Positions 19,276 through 27,915 of a stretch of 64,000 bases of DNA are shown piece after piece. The stretch's first letter is position 1; each line of letters starts with the position of its first letter. This stretch comes from an uncultured Candidatus Saccharibacteria bacterium (GTDB taxonomy: Bacteria > Patescibacteriota > Minisyncoccia > Phycocordibacterales > CAIRYW01). The notes under the pieces were generated by a model. It was not told where the DNA came from. It worked only from the letters and a program-made list of their open reading frames with translations, and did not search any database. Location: positions 1,598 to 65,597 of the forward strand of contig CAYORS010000002.1 in NCBI GenBank assembly GCA_964406475.1, written 5' to 3'. The position numbers were made by a program, and so were the translations under genes.

Positions 19276-21174
19276 ATGGCATTAGATGAAATAAGAAATA
19301 TACGACTCCAAAAACTCGAACAAATCAAAAAATCGGGAATGAATCCTTTCCCAAGTAAAACGATTCGCACTCACACTCTGAAGGAAGTAGAAGATAATTT
19401 TGACGAGTTGTCTGTTTCCCATACACAGGTTACGCTTGCTGGACGGGTAATGTCTTTGCGTGGGCAGGGGGCACTTGTGTTTTTTGATCTTTTTGACGGT
19501 ACGGCAAGATTCCAGTCACTTTTTAAAAAAGATGATACCACCGAAAAAGGTTTTGTGTTTTTTAAAGATGTGGTTGATATGGGGGATTTTGTCGAGGTGA
19601 CAGGAACTCTTTTTGTAACAAAAACAGGTCAAAAAACTATTGAAGTCATCGACTGGCGTATGCTTACAAAATCAATCCTTCCTCTTCCTGAAAAATGGCA
19701 CGGACTTCAAGATACAGAAGAAAGATTCCGCAAACGATATCTTGATATTTTGGGTAACGATGAGCTTCGAGATTTGTTTATCAAAAAGGCAAAGTTCTGG
19801 CAAGTAACACGAAGATTTTTGACTGAGAGAGGGTTTTTGGAAGTGGAAACACCAACACTCGAGATTACAACAGGAGGTGCAGAAGCAAATCCTTTTAAGA
19901 CTCATCACAATGATTTTGATATTGATGTATATATGCGAATTTCTGTGGGTGAGCTTTGGCAGAAGCGTCTGATGGCTGCAGGCTTTCCAAAAACTTTTGA
20001 AATCGGAAGGATTTATCGTAATGAAGGTTCGAGCCCGGACCATACACAAGAGTTTACAAATATGGAGTTTTACTACGCCTTTGCAGACTATCGTGATGGT
20101 ATGAAACTTGTGAAAGAGCTCTACCAAACAATCGCACAAGAGGTTTTTGGCACAACTAAGTTTGAAACACGTGGTTATACTTTTGATCTCGCAGATGAAT
20201 GGAAAGAGATTGATTATAGTGAAGAGATAAAGCGACAAACCGGTATTGATATATTTGGTGCGGATGTATCAGAGATGAAAGCTAAACTCAAAGAGCTTAA
20301 TGTAAAATATGAAGGTGATAGTAAAGAACGTCTCACTGATACCTTGTGGAAGTTTTGTCGTAAACATATTGCAGGTCCTGCATTTTTGCTTCATCATCCA
20401 AAACTCGTCGCACCTCTTGCAAAAGAAAGCGGTAAAGACGCCCGTGTTGTCGAACGATTCCAGGTTATCTTGGCGGGAAGTGAGATTGGTAATGGATATT
20501 CAGAATTAAACGACCCGATCGATCAGCGTCAAAGATTTGAAGAACAACAAGCTCTTATCGACAAAGGGGACAACGAAGCGATGATGGCAGACTACGAATT
20601 CGTAGAGATGCTTGAACACGGAATGCCACCAACCTGTGGGTTTGGATTTGGAGAGAGACTCTTTTCTTTCCTTGTTGATAAACCAATACGCGAGACCCAG
20701 TATTTCCCACTCATGAAGCAAAAAGAAGTGGTACTTTCTAAAAAAGAAGCCGAAGCAAAATATCGTTCAAAGAAATTCGTTGCTATTGCGGATCCGGCTC
20801 ATGGATACGGTGTGACTGCAAACGCTTTGGGACAGCTTGGTATTTCTATTGGGGGATTTTCAAAAGAGAAATTATTTGATAAAGAAATTCTTCATGACAA
20901 AGATGGACGTATACATTATGTAGATGGATTTTATCCGATGACAAACCTTGCAGGTACTCAGGAAGACATGGCAAAGTTTGTGGCTAAATGTTATGAGGCA
21001 AAGATTCAAGTATTTGATTTCTCTATGATTATGCGTAAAGCTCACTCAGATAAAGAAATGGAAGAAGGGTATAAAAAAGTGTCTACAAAAGATGTACCAT
21101 ATATAGCAGTAGGAGCACTTGTTCCTGGGGACTTTGAGAAAGAGTTTTTGTCTACTCTAAAATTATTTAGCTAA
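19276..21174 (+). CDS. lysS: Lysine--tRNA ligase (class II) with extra ~135-aa C-terminal domain
   Basis: OB fold, PLPEKWHGL, FLEVETP, GRIYRNEG, EI.NGYSELNDP, GMPP..G.G.G; extension after FPLMK. Confidence 0.97.
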   Translation: MALDEIRNIRLQKLEQIKKSGMNPFPSKTIRTHTLKEVEDNFDELSVSHTQVTLAGRVMSLRGQGALVFFDLFDGTARFQSLFKKDDTTEKGFVFFKDVVDMGDFVEVTGTLFVTKTGQKTIEVIDWRMLTKSILPLPEKWHGLQDTEERFRKRYLDILGNDELRDLFIKKAKFWQVTRRFLTERGFLEVETPTLEITTGGAEANPFKTHHNDFDIDVYMRISVGELWQKRLMAAGFPKTFEIGRIYRNEGSSPDHTQEFTNMEFYYAFADYRDGMKLVKELYQTIAQEVFGTTKFETRGYTFDLADEWKEIDYSEEIKRQTGIDIFGADVSEMKAKLKELNVKYEGDSKERLTDTLWKFCRKHIAGPAFLLHHPKLVAPLAKESGKDARVVERFQVILAGSEIGNGYSELNDPIDQRQRFEEQQALIDKGDNEAMMADYEFVEMLEHGMPPTCGFGFGERLFSFLVDKPIRETQYFPLMKQKEVVLSKKEAEAKYRSKKFVAIADPAHGYGVTANALGQLGISIGGFSKEKLFDKEILHDKDGRIHYVDGFYPMTNLAGTQEDMAKFVAKCYEAKIQVFDFSMIMRKAHSDKEMEEGYKKVSTKDVPYIAVGALVPGDFEKEFLSTLKLFS

Positions 21175-21225
21175 TTTTTTAGATAAAATAAAAGGTATTA
21201 CAATTCGCTATTTAATTTTATCACA

Positions 21226-21258
21226 ACAACTCCGCTAGGTCGGACCTAGCGGAGTTGT
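21226..21258. repeat. REP-like palindrome, left of RAYT
   Basis: acaactccgctaggtc-g-gacctagcggagttgt, perfect 16-bp arms. Confidence 0.9.
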
Positions 21259-21285
21259 GATACATAATATATACTATGTATTAAT

Positions 21286-21945
21286 ATGGCAGTTCGAAAA
21301 GTAAAATTCAGTGTTGGTGAATATTACCATCTTTATAATCGTGGAAATAGTAAGCAGAAGATATTTCACGATCAAGAAGATTATAATCGCTTTGCTGCAC
21401 TACTCTATGCTTGTAATAGAGAAGAAAATATTAAAGCAGATGATCTTGGGAAAAAAGAGGATTTTTTTCATTTGGATCAAAGTGACGCTTGCATTGTTGC
21501 CATTGGTGCATATTGTCTAATGCCAAATCACTTTCATCTACTCATTAATGAAATTATAGATAATGGTATTACTAGATTTATGAGAAAACTATGCACTGCA
21601 TATGTTATGTACTACAACAAAAAGTACAAGAGAACAGGTGGATTATTTGAGGGTAAATTTAAATCTGAATACCTATTGTCTGATCGGTATTTAAAATACA
21701 TATTTTCTTATATTCATTTGAACCCTGTAAAATTGATAGAGCCAAAATGGCGAGATATAGGTGTCAAAAATATTCACGGTGTAAAGCGATATTTGAATTC
21801 TTACAAATATTCGAGTTATTGTGATTATCTTGGTGAAAATAGGAAGCATAATTCAATTTTGAATATAGATAGATTTCCAAAGTATTTTCCAACAAAACGT
21901 TCTTTTGAATATGAAATTCAAAATTGGATTAATTTCAAAATTTAA
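21286..21945 (+). mobile_element. REP-associated tyrosine transposase (RAYT, Y1/HUH family)
   Basis: YHLYNRGN, AYCLMPNHFHLL (HUH), G.LF.G.FKS, YIHLNPV, YSSY; AT-rich; flanked by palindromes. Confidence 0.92.
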
Positions 21946-21947
21946 AT

Positions 21948-21990
21948 GTTGTTTCTCTCCGCTAGGTCGGACCTAGCGGAGAGAAACAAC
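21948..21990. repeat. REP-like palindrome, right of RAYT
   Basis: gttgtttctctccgctaggtc-g-gacctagcggagagaaacaac, perfect 21-bp arms; 25-bp core identical to the left copy. Confidence 0.9.
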
Positions 21991-22055
21991 TAAGATTTAC
22001 TAGGGTCTTGTTTATTGAATATTTTTTTTGGTGTGTTATTCTTGAGATAGAAATT

Positions 22056-22343
22056 ATGAAATCAAAAAAACTTTGCCGTGAGAAGCCAACTCATAAGCAC
22101 ACTCCCTTTGATAAAGTGATTGGTTTGTTCTATCAACGTGATCCACATGTTACATTTGAAGATTGTGTGGTAGCTGCTCAAACAATAAGGGACGTTTGTC
22201 GTCTTTGTTGGATTGCTGCTCATCGATGGCAACAAACGATCGTTGTCAGGTTAATAGAAACAAGATTTGGTGGACAAGTGCGTCCTTTTAAAGCATTTTG
22301 CCGGCATTTTGATCCATTCTTTTATTGTTTGCGTTTTGGATAA
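22056..22343 (+). CDS. Hypothetical protein
   Basis: 95-aa ORF followed by hairpin+T terminator (22345-22375). Confidence 0.45.
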   Translation: MKSKKLCREKPTHKHTPFDKVIGLFYQRDPHVTFEDCVVAAQTIRDVCRLCWIAAHRWQQTIVVRLIETRFGGQVRPFKAFCRHFDPFFYCLRFG

Positions 22344-22440
22344 ACTTCATCTTTCTCAAGGTGGAGTTTTTTTATTTTCATTACACCTTCTCCTGGTGCG
22401 TTTTATTTAATGTGGAAAACTTTGTGTTGCAAGACATATA

Positions 22441-22478
22441 AAGTGGTATAATGTGGTATGTAAGTGGGATGAAGTGGT
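22441..22478 (+). promoter_or_regulatory. MraZ-binding direct repeats overlapping the dcw promoter
   Basis: GTGG at 22443, 22453, 22464, 22474 (10-11 nt period), overlapping TGgTATAAT, directly upstream of mraZ. Confidence 0.75.
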
Positions 22479-22489
22479 AAAATAAAAAT

Positions 22490-22924
22490 ATGCTTATTGG
22501 AGAATATACACATACCATAGACGACAAAAAACGAATATCTTTGCCATCAAAGTTTCGTAAAGAAGTCGGCAAAAAAATCATCGCTACTTATGGTCTCGAA
22601 GGGTGTCTTTTTTTGTATCCTCTTCAGGAATGGAAAAAGATCTCAGAAGAGATGGGTAAAATGGATTCGCTCAAGGCGGATACTCGAGGTTTCAATCGTT
22701 TTATGTTCGGTGGAGCGGTTGAACTTGAGGTCGATTCTCTCGGTCGTATTTTGGTTCCTGAATATTTGCGTGATTTTGCACATCTCAAAGACAAATCTGT
22801 TTTTATAGGTGTACTCAAAAGAATTGAGATGTGGAACGAACAGAAATGGCAAGAATATAAGTCACGTGTCGTAGGGGAAGCGGATACATTAGCAGAGAAA
22901 TTAAGCCAATCAGGAGCATTTTAG
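22490..22924 (+). CDS. mraZ: Transcriptional regulator MraZ
   Basis: GEYTHTIDDKKR, DSLGRILVP, IEMW. Confidence 0.97.
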   Translation: MLIGEYTHTIDDKKRISLPSKFRKEVGKKIIATYGLEGCLFLYPLQEWKKISEEMGKMDSLKADTRGFNRFMFGGAVELEVDSLGRILVPEYLRDFAHLKDKSVFIGVLKRIEMWNEQKWQEYKSRVVGEADTLAEKLSQSGAF

Positions 22925-22927
22925 TGT

Positions 22928-23824
22928 ATGTCAACCGAATATATTCATAAAAGTGTTCTTTTAAAAGAAATGGTAGACGGTCTTTCGATACAAAAAGACG
23001 ATGTTATTGTGGATTGTACCTTAAATACAGGAGGACACAGTGAATACATCTTAAACAAATACAATGATGTGACTGTAGTAGGTATTGATGCTGACAAAGA
23101 GGCAATCACAAAAGCACAATCTCGTCTCGGTAGTTTTGGTCAAAGATTCATCCCTCAAAAATCCAATTTTAGAAATCTTGATGATGTTCTTTCTAGATTA
23201 AGATATGAAACTGTTCAAGGATTTATGTTTGATCTTGGATGGAGTTCGGATCAGCTTGAACTTTCGGGAAGAGGATTTACTTTTCAAAAAGATGAACCTC
23301 TTCATATGTCGTACAATTCTGAAGAAAAAGACATCACAGCAAGAACTGTTGTTAATGAATGGTCAGAAGAAACCCTTGCATCAATCATCAAAGGTTTTGG
23401 AGAAGAATCCTTTGCACGAAGAATTGCCAAGGCGATTGTTGAAGCAAGAAAGATTCATTCCATCGAGACTACAAGAGAGCTTAAAGAGATTGTTTGGCAG
23501 GCGGTACCTGTTTTTTATAGAAAAAAGAAAATACATCCCGCAACAAAAACCTTTCAAGCCATTCGTATTGCTGTCAATGATGAGTTTGGAGCACTCACGG
23601 AGGGGCTTGCCAAAGCATTTGAGAAGCTCGAGGTGGGACGAAGGATTGCTGTCATATCATTTCATTCTTTAGAGGATAGGATTGTCAAACAATGGGCAAA
23701 AGCCTTGGTAGAAGAACAAAAAGCAATTTTAATAAACAAAAAACCTATTATTCCTGGCAACGAAGAATTAAACCATAACCCCCGAGCTCGAAGTGCAAAA
23801 TTAAGAATTATTCAAAAAAAATAA
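22928..23824 (+). CDS. rsmH: 16S rRNA m4C1402 methyltransferase
   Basis: HKSVLL, DLGWSS.QL, HPATKTFQAIRIAVN, ISFHSLEDRIVK, NPRARSAKLR. Confidence 0.98.
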   Translation: MSTEYIHKSVLLKEMVDGLSIQKDDVIVDCTLNTGGHSEYILNKYNDVTVVGIDADKEAITKAQSRLGSFGQRFIPQKSNFRNLDDVLSRLRYETVQGFMFDLGWSSDQLELSGRGFTFQKDEPLHMSYNSEEKDITARTVVNEWSEETLASIIKGFGEESFARRIAKAIVEARKIHSIETTRELKEIVWQAVPVFYRKKKIHPATKTFQAIRIAVNDEFGALTEGLAKAFEKLEVGRRIAVISFHSLEDRIVKQWAKALVEEQKAILINKKPIIPGNEELNHNPRARSAKLRIIQKK

Positions 23825-23832
23825 AAAAGACT

Positions 23833-24135
23833 ATGACAAAAATGCCAACACAATATATATATCAAAAGCAAGTGTGGACTCTCGGAGGAGTTTTGTCTGT
23901 ACTTCTGATTGCGTATGTATCTTTGGTTGGGATGACTATTTTTAATACATTAGCACGACAACAATCAGAAAGAGATATAGCGCGTATTACAAGTGAACTT
24001 AGTCAAACAGAGTTTTCTTATCTCAACTCAAAAGCGCAAATCAATCTCGAGCTTGCTCGTAAAATGGGTTTTGTTGATGTCTCTCGTATTATTGTTGCAA
24101 AAGAAGATTCTCTCACAGCTTACGTCCCGCGTTAA
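23833..24135 (+). CDS. FtsL-like cell division protein
   Basis: TM helix plus coiled coil, A..MGF motif; lies between rsmH and ftsI. Confidence 0.65.
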   Translation: MTKMPTQYIYQKQVWTLGGVLSVLLIAYVSLVGMTIFNTLARQQSERDIARITSELSQTEFSYLNSKAQINLELARKMGFVDVSRIIVAKEDSLTAYVPR

Positions 24136-24144
24136 TTTGTTTTT

Positions 24145-25851
24145 ATGAATCAACTTACCACAAAAAGATTACGATTTGTGTCATTGGGAATTGTGGGAAT
24201 TGCCCTTATTTTTTTTGTTAAGTTATATTTGCTCCAGGTTGTTCATAATGAAGATTTTATTAATCTTGCGGACAAACAATATACGCGAAACGCTCAGGGT
24301 GTGTTCTCTCGAGGATCTATTTATTTTGAAAGCAAAGACGGTGAACTTATCTCTGCGGGTACTCTTAAAACAGGCTACACTCTCGCAGTGAATCCGAAAC
24401 TTTTGAAAGATGTAGATGTTGTATATGAAAAAATAAACGCAATTATTCCTCTCGATAAAGAAGAGTTTTTGTCAAAAGCACAGAAGATCAATGATCCTTA
24501 CGAAGAGGTGCAAAAGAAAATCAGTGAAGAAGATGCAGAAAAGATCCGCAATGAAAAGCTCACCGGTGTGTATTTATATAAAGAACAGTGGAGATATTAT
24601 CCTGGTGGCAAAACAGCTGCACATATTTTGGGATTTTTGGGGTACAAAGGGGATGAGTATGCGGGGCGTTATGGGCTAGAAAAACAATACAACGATGTCT
24701 TGTCTCGCAATCAAAACAACGTGTATGCCAATTTTTTTGTCGAGATTTTTTCAAATATCGAAAAGTCTTTATCGAATGATGATTCTTTTGAAGGTGATAT
24801 TGTGGCAACAATTGAACCGTCTGTGCAAGTAAGTCTTGAAGATACATTGCAAAAAATCCAATCACGATGGAATTCTGCAGAAACAGGAGGTGTGATAATG
24901 AACCCAAAAACAGGTGAAATTTATGCACTTGCATCAGTGCCTAATTTTGATCCTAACAGTTTTAATCTCGAAAAAGATGTATCTGTTTTTTCTAATCCAC
25001 TTGTTGATAATGTAAGAGAGATGGGGTCTATCATCAAGCCTCTTACTATTGCAGCGGGTATCGATGCTGGTGTCATTACTCCCAAAACAACCTATGATGA
25101 CAAAGGGTATGTTAAGGCAGATACAGAAACGATTTGGAATCATGACAAAAAAGGTCACGGAGTGATTTCTATGCAAGAAGTACTCAATCAATCTTTGAAT
25201 ACAGGTGTGGCGTATGTGGTAAGTAAGCTTGGGAATAGTTTGTTTCGTGATTATATGGTGAAATACGGTCTCACAGAAAAAACAGGAATAGATTTGCCAA
25301 GTGAAGCAAGTAATATTATTAATAACCTCAACAGTCCGCGTAATGTCGAATATATCACAGCTTCTTTCGGTCAAGGTATTGCTCTGACTGCGATATCAAC
25401 TATTCGTGCCTTGTCTGTCATTGCAAATGGTGGTAACCTTATCGAACCTCACATAGTCAAAAAAATAAATTATCGCGGTGGATTTTTCAAAAATATTCCT
25501 ATTGTATCCAAAGAAGTGCTCAAAAAGGAATCTTCAGAAGCGATTACAAAAATGCTTGTTGAGGTGGTAGATACTGCACTTCTTAAAGGAAGTGGTAAAA
25601 ATCCTCACTATAGCATTGCTGCAAAAACAGGAACAGCTCAAATAGCAAAACCAAATGGAGGAGGGTATTATGATGATCGATTTTTGCATTCTTTTTTTGG
25701 GTATTTTCCAGCATATGATCCACAATTTATTGTCTTGTTGTACACATTAGACCCCAAAGCAAACAACTTTGCAGCGGATACACTTGCGATGCCGTTTTTT
25801 GATCTCTCAAAATTTCTGATCAATTACTATGAAGTTCCTCCCGATAGATAA
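24145..25851 (+). CDS. ftsI: Class B penicillin-binding protein (FtsI/PBP3-like)
   Basis: RYYP, GLEKQY, GSIIK (SxxK), SLN, KTGTAQ; dcw position. Confidence 0.88.
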   Translation: MNQLTTKRLRFVSLGIVGIALIFFVKLYLLQVVHNEDFINLADKQYTRNAQGVFSRGSIYFESKDGELISAGTLKTGYTLAVNPKLLKDVDVVYEKINAIIPLDKEEFLSKAQKINDPYEEVQKKISEEDAEKIRNEKLTGVYLYKEQWRYYPGGKTAAHILGFLGYKGDEYAGRYGLEKQYNDVLSRNQNNVYANFFVEIFSNIEKSLSNDDSFEGDIVATIEPSVQVSLEDTLQKIQSRWNSAETGGVIMNPKTGEIYALASVPNFDPNSFNLEKDVSVFSNPLVDNVREMGSIIKPLTIAAGIDAGVITPKTTYDDKGYVKADTETIWNHDKKGHGVISMQEVLNQSLNTGVAYVVSKLGNSLFRDYMVKYGLTEKTGIDLPSEASNIINNLNSPRNVEYITASFGQGIALTAISTIRALSVIANGGNLIEPHIVKKINYRGGFFKNIPIVSKEVLKKESSEAITKMLVEVVDTALLKGSGKNPHYSIAAKTGTAQIAKPNGGGYYDDRFLHSFFGYFPAYDPQFIVLLYTLDPKANNFAADTLAMPFFDLSKFLINYYEVPPDR

Positions 25852-25903
25852 TGATCTTGTAGACACGAGACACTATAATTATATTTAACGCAAAATCACT
25901 TAT

Positions 25904-27193
25904 ATGAAAGATATTTTCAAAAAAATCATCATCTTTATTCTTACACTTGAAGCAAAGCTTGTTATCAAAAAATACAAACCAAAGATCGTTGCCGTCACAG
26001 GAAGTGTGGGGAAAACATCAACAAAAGATGCGATTTATACAGCACTCTCTGCTTTTTTTTATGTTCGCAAGAGTGCCAAGAGTTTTAATAGTGATATAGG
26101 AATACCTCTTACTATTTTAGGGTTACCTAATGCATGGAGTGATGTAAAAATGTGGCTTTCTAATATATATGATGGATTCTTGCTTTTGGTCACAAAAACC
26201 AAGTATCCCGAATGGCTTGTTCTTGAGATTGGTGCAGACCATCCAGGTGAAATCGAGCGTGTGATGAAGTGGATTCATCCTGATATTTCTGTCATTACTC
26301 GTATTGGCAAGGTACCTGTACATGTTGAGTTTTATAAATCGGTCAAAGATGTGGTGCGTGAAAAATCTTTTTTGGCACGAGGCTTGAAGCTTGATGGAAC
26401 GTTGATTATTAATGCAGATGATGAGGATGTTGTAGGATTTAAAGAATACACAAAAGCAAAATCTATTTCTTTTGGTGTCAAAGAAAAAGCAGATATAAGA
26501 GCTAGCTTCATTGTTCCTCAATACAAGGATTCTAAAGTATCAGGAATGTCATTTAAGGTGGATAATGCTGGCTCAAGTTTGCCTATTGTGTTAAGTGGTA
26601 TTGTTGGCAATCAGTATGTCTATCCTGTATTGGCGAGTTTTGCTGTCATCCAATCACTCGGGCTCTCACCACTCAAAGCGGTCGATGCTTTTGAAAAATA
26701 TGACTACCCTCGTGGTCGAATGAATATTATTGATGGGATCAATAGTTCTGTCATTATTGATGATACGTATAACGCATCTCCTGTTGCTATGGAGGAGGGT
26801 TTTTATACAATCAAACATCTTGCAGTATTGGGCAAAAAAATTGCGATTATCGGTGATATGCTCGAACTCGGAAAGTTTTCACTTGATGAACATGAAAGAC
26901 TCGGATCTATTGCTGCAGATGTTTTTGATTTTGTGTGTTTGGTTGGGATCAGGGCTTCTGATATGAAGAACACTCTTCTTCAAAAGGGATTTGCTAAAGA
27001 TAATGTGTGTGTATTTGAAACAGCCAAAGAAGCGGGTGTTCATATGAAAGACAAAATATCCGAAGGAGATATTGTCTATGTCAAAGGATCTCAGGGAATG
27101 CGAATGGAGCGTGCTGTAGAAGAAATAATGAGCAATCAAAAAGACAAAGAAAAACTTCTTGTTCGACAAGAAAAAGAGTGGTTGAATAAGTAA
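25904..27193 (+). CDS. murF: UDP-MurNAc-tripeptide--D-Ala-D-Ala ligase
   Basis: VTGSVGKTSTK, DDTYNASP, GDMLELG, VKGSQ. Confidence 0.95.
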   Translation: MKDIFKKIIIFILTLEAKLVIKKYKPKIVAVTGSVGKTSTKDAIYTALSAFFYVRKSAKSFNSDIGIPLTILGLPNAWSDVKMWLSNIYDGFLLLVTKTKYPEWLVLEIGADHPGEIERVMKWIHPDISVITRIGKVPVHVEFYKSVKDVVREKSFLARGLKLDGTLIINADDEDVVGFKEYTKAKSISFGVKEKADIRASFIVPQYKDSKVSGMSFKVDNAGSSLPIVLSGIVGNQYVYPVLASFAVIQSLGLSPLKAVDAFEKYDYPRGRMNIIDGINSSVIIDDTYNASPVAMEEGFYTIKHLAVLGKKIAIIGDMLELGKFSLDEHERLGSIAADVFDFVCLVGIRASDMKNTLLQKGFAKDNVCVFETAKEAGVHMKDKISEGDIVYVKGSQGMRMERAVEEIMSNQKDKEKLLVRQEKEWLNK

Positions 27194-27472
27194 ATGTGCT
27201 ACAATAATAAAAGAAAATAATTAACCCCTCTTCTGTTATGGACTCTACCTCTATTGCTCCTAAACAATTCTATCTCATCTATAGGTCTCGCAAGGACCCC
27301 GAACCCATCAGTCCCTCTGACTATAAAGACGGCATGCAGGCATATGGAAAAAGAGAAGAAGGTTCAGGCAACTTTTTGCCGTCACATATGTGGAAGGCTA
27401 TGGTTGGGTAGAGAGTGCAGATGTTACACATGCACAGAGATTTATGACATCAACCTAGGTTGATGTTTTTTA

Positions 27473-27638
27473 TTGACTTTTGTTTTAATGTTCAATACAA
27501 TTAAACTATGAATTTTAATCTAATAGCAAAGACATCTATTAAAGCCGTCAAGCATTATTGCTTCAGGGTTTGTCTTTGTTGTTAATTACTCAATTTACAC
27601 TAAAAACAAGTCTTGAAGTCAATTTCAAGACTTGTTTT
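27473..27638 (+). promoter_or_regulatory. Promoter, leaderless 25-aa Cys-rich sORF (27508-27585) and terminator; attenuator-like
   Basis: TTGACT-17-TACAAT with ATG 6 nt later; peptide MNFNLIAKTSIKAVKHYCFRVCLCC; 15-bp hairpin 27603-27638. Confidence 0.5.
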
Positions 27639-27915
27639 CATTTATGACTCATCCTATCCCACCCTTGCGTATCCGACATTCCGAATCAGTCCGAATCAAA
27701 ATCGGACTCAACCCTCAACCGTCTAAGACATGAACAGTTTACATGGCCTATTAGAGCCCTTTGATGATTCTTATGCATTCTTGTTTGATCTAGATCTTCA
27801 TCCTGCAGAGGATGTTTGGGGATCAGGCTAATTGTTCTTTTCTCGGGTGTTAATTCACTCGTGCACACTTTGTTCCTATCGGGACAAAGTGTTTTTTTTA
27901 TGTTATTTTAAGACT

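Noticed and set aside
21226-21990. Repeated palindrome as a possible CRISPR repeat
   Set aside because: Only two copies, about 720 bp apart, flanking a transposase; no spacers or cas genes.
27238-27463. Overlapping short ORFs after murF (57 aa from 27238; 69 aa from 27254)
   Set aside because: The competing frames cannot be resolved and none is recognisable; only the palindromic terminator acatcaacctaggttgatgt is clear.
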